Shown piece by piece: positions 62,623 to 64,000 of a stretch of 64,000 bases of DNA. Origin of the DNA: an uncultured Trueperaceae bacterium (GTDB lineage: Bacteria > Deinococcota > Deinococci > Deinococcales > Trueperaceae); the NCBI GenBank assembly GCA_963815215.1, contig CAWFFU010000011.1, positions 32,001 to 96,000 on the forward strand, read 5' to 3'. Each line of letters begins with the position of its first letter. Position 1 is the first letter of the stretch. The translations under genes were made by a program, and so were the position numbers. The notes beneath the pieces are model-generated. The model saw only the letters and a list, made by a program, of their open reading frames with translations. It was not told where the DNA came from and did not search any database.

Positions 62623-64000
62623 CTACCCCTGCGTCTCGGCACGCCAGCGCTTGCGGATGCGCCGTATGCGCGCGTTCGCGAGCGGCCGCCGAGGATCGTT
62701 CGGTGGAAGGTGACGCCGCGTCTCCTCCCACAGCTCCAGGTCGTCCCCTTGCTGGTTGGCCAGGTCGATCATTGCGTCCGGATCGCCCGACGCCAACACG
62801 GCCTGCCGGAGGCTCTCCTCGAGGTGCTCTCGGAGCTCCACCACCGCCGGAGCCTCCGACTCGGGAAGGAGCGGACCCCGATACAGCTCGAGTGCCGCCT
62901 GGACCTTGCCTTCGTGGAGGAGCTCGAGCACCTTCACGAAGTCCGCCTCGTACGCTTCCGCGATGTGATACGGATGCGGCTCGATCGAGATCACCTTGCG
63001 CGCACGCGAGATCGTCGCTTTCAACGTGCTGGGGTTCGCGCGGTCACCGTACAACGCCAACGCGAGGGGCTCCCCACGAATCCCTTCACGGTTCGACGCC
63101 AGAACCGCGATGAGCTCCGCGAATCGCAGGCTGAGCGGTGTCTCCCCGTCGGCCCCGTGCAACGAACGCTTCCCCAGCAGCCGGATCTTCACCTCCGGCT
63201 CGTCATGCCTGAACAGGGCCTTCAGTTGTGCGACTTCCGGTCCATCGCCACCCAAGAGCAGCCAGCCCGAGTCCCCCAGTTGCCTGAGGTAGCGAGCGTT
63301 CTTCTCCATGAGGGCGCGGGCTTCTTCGGGGCGGTCCCTCCGGACAAGGGATCTCGCAAGGTGAAGCGTCGCGCGAGCATTAAACGGTCCAATCGGCCTC
63401 GTTTGCATGCCAGCAAGAGCGGCCCTCAGGTGCTCTTCACCGTCGCGCCATTTCGAGTGAACCAACGCCGAACCCAAGTTGAGTCGCGCAACGTCCCGCT
63501 GGAACCCAGGTGCAAGGTCCGAAAGCTCACTTGCCTTCGTTGCAGTCTCGAGAGCCGCGCCCGTATCCCCAATCATCAGATATGCGAACACCAGGTCGGA
63601 TGCCATACTCGGAAACATGCCAGCCGGCGAAGCTTCCACGTTCAGGCTGTAGTACTCCAATGCCTCGTCATGCCTTCCTTCAACGATCGCAAGGTCGCCC
63701 AGAGTAGACCGGATTCCCTCGGTAGACGGAATCCCGAGGGTACCTTCCGTGAGTCTCACGGTATCCAGCAACTGTCTGGCAGCCTTCACGGCACCGGTCA
63801 GAATCTTCGGGTAACCCGCGACGCCTACGACAAGTAGCCGCAATAGCTCCTCGCGCAATTCATGCATCTGATATTGCTGTACTGCCCACGCCCCCCAATG
63901 CCCCGCGCGCTCATAGGCACCGGAGAAGACATGAACCTGCGCAATTCCTGCAGCGGCCGAAACGGCCAGACGCGGTCTCGCCTCCCCCTCAGCCAATTCG
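62623..64000 (-). CDS. TPR-like helical region + winged-helix/BTAD-like regulator (5' end outside window)
   Basis: Helical repeats (LGDLAIVEGRHDEALEYY, LNLGSAL); C-terminal LALALYGD....TLKATISRAR, ALELYRGPLLPESEAP. Confidence 0.7.
   Translation of the reverse strand, partial: ELAEGEARPRLAVSAAAGIAQVHVFSGAYERAGHWGAWAVQQYQMHELREELLRLLVVGVAGYPKILTGAVKAARQLLDTVRLTEGTLGIPSTEGIRSTLGDLAIVEGRHDEALEYYSLNVEASPAGMFPSMASDLVFAYLMIGDTGAALETATKASELSDLAPGFQRDVARLNLGSALVHSKWRDGEEHLRAALAGMQTRPIGPFNARATLHLARSLVRRDRPEEARALMEKNARYLRQLGDSGWLLLGGDGPEVAQLKALFRHDEPEVKIRLLGKRSLHGADGETPLSLRFAELIAVLASNREGIRGEPLALALYGDRANPSTLKATISRARKVISIEPHPYHIAEAYEADFVKVLELLHEGKVQAALELYRGPLLPESEAPAVVELREHLEESLRQAVLASGDPDAMIDLANQQGDDLELWEETRRHLPPNDPRRPLANARIRRIRKRWRAETQG

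Overview
High-GC bacterial chromosome segment. Gene content suggests Deinococcota, probably Trueperaceae-like (inference): orphan gyrB, ATP-cone 2-phosphoglycerate-kinase-like protein, DUF4388 protein, extended TrmB and many leaderless starts. The first ~15.4 kb is a self-contained respiratory island. Its minus strand carries a c-type cytochrome, a PqqT-like NitT/TauT ABC transporter, a COG4315-repeat/cytochrome c fusion, an atypical PQQ-dependent dehydrogenase and a MoxJ/XoxJ + substrate-binding-protein fusion. Divergently, a single operon encodes an A1-type caa3 oxidase, a Rieske protein and a cytochrome b-c fusion. A terminator-like hairpin sits directly in front of the RBS of the cytochrome-fusion/dehydrogenase unit and is a candidate attenuator. 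The rest is mostly housekeeping and metabolism: gyrB, a two-component system, proA, an ABC-F ATPase with a divergent RNHCP gene, M3/M20 peptidases, a LOV(Cys-less)-PAS-GGDEF-EAL protein, DtxR and LysR regulators with yeiH, trxB, trmB, pgeF, lptF/lptG/lptD-like genes, plsX, rluD, a peptide ABC transporter and two atypical regulators at the right edge. I saw no rRNA, tRNA, CRISPR array or transposase. All family assignments come from motif recognition by eye; no database search was run.
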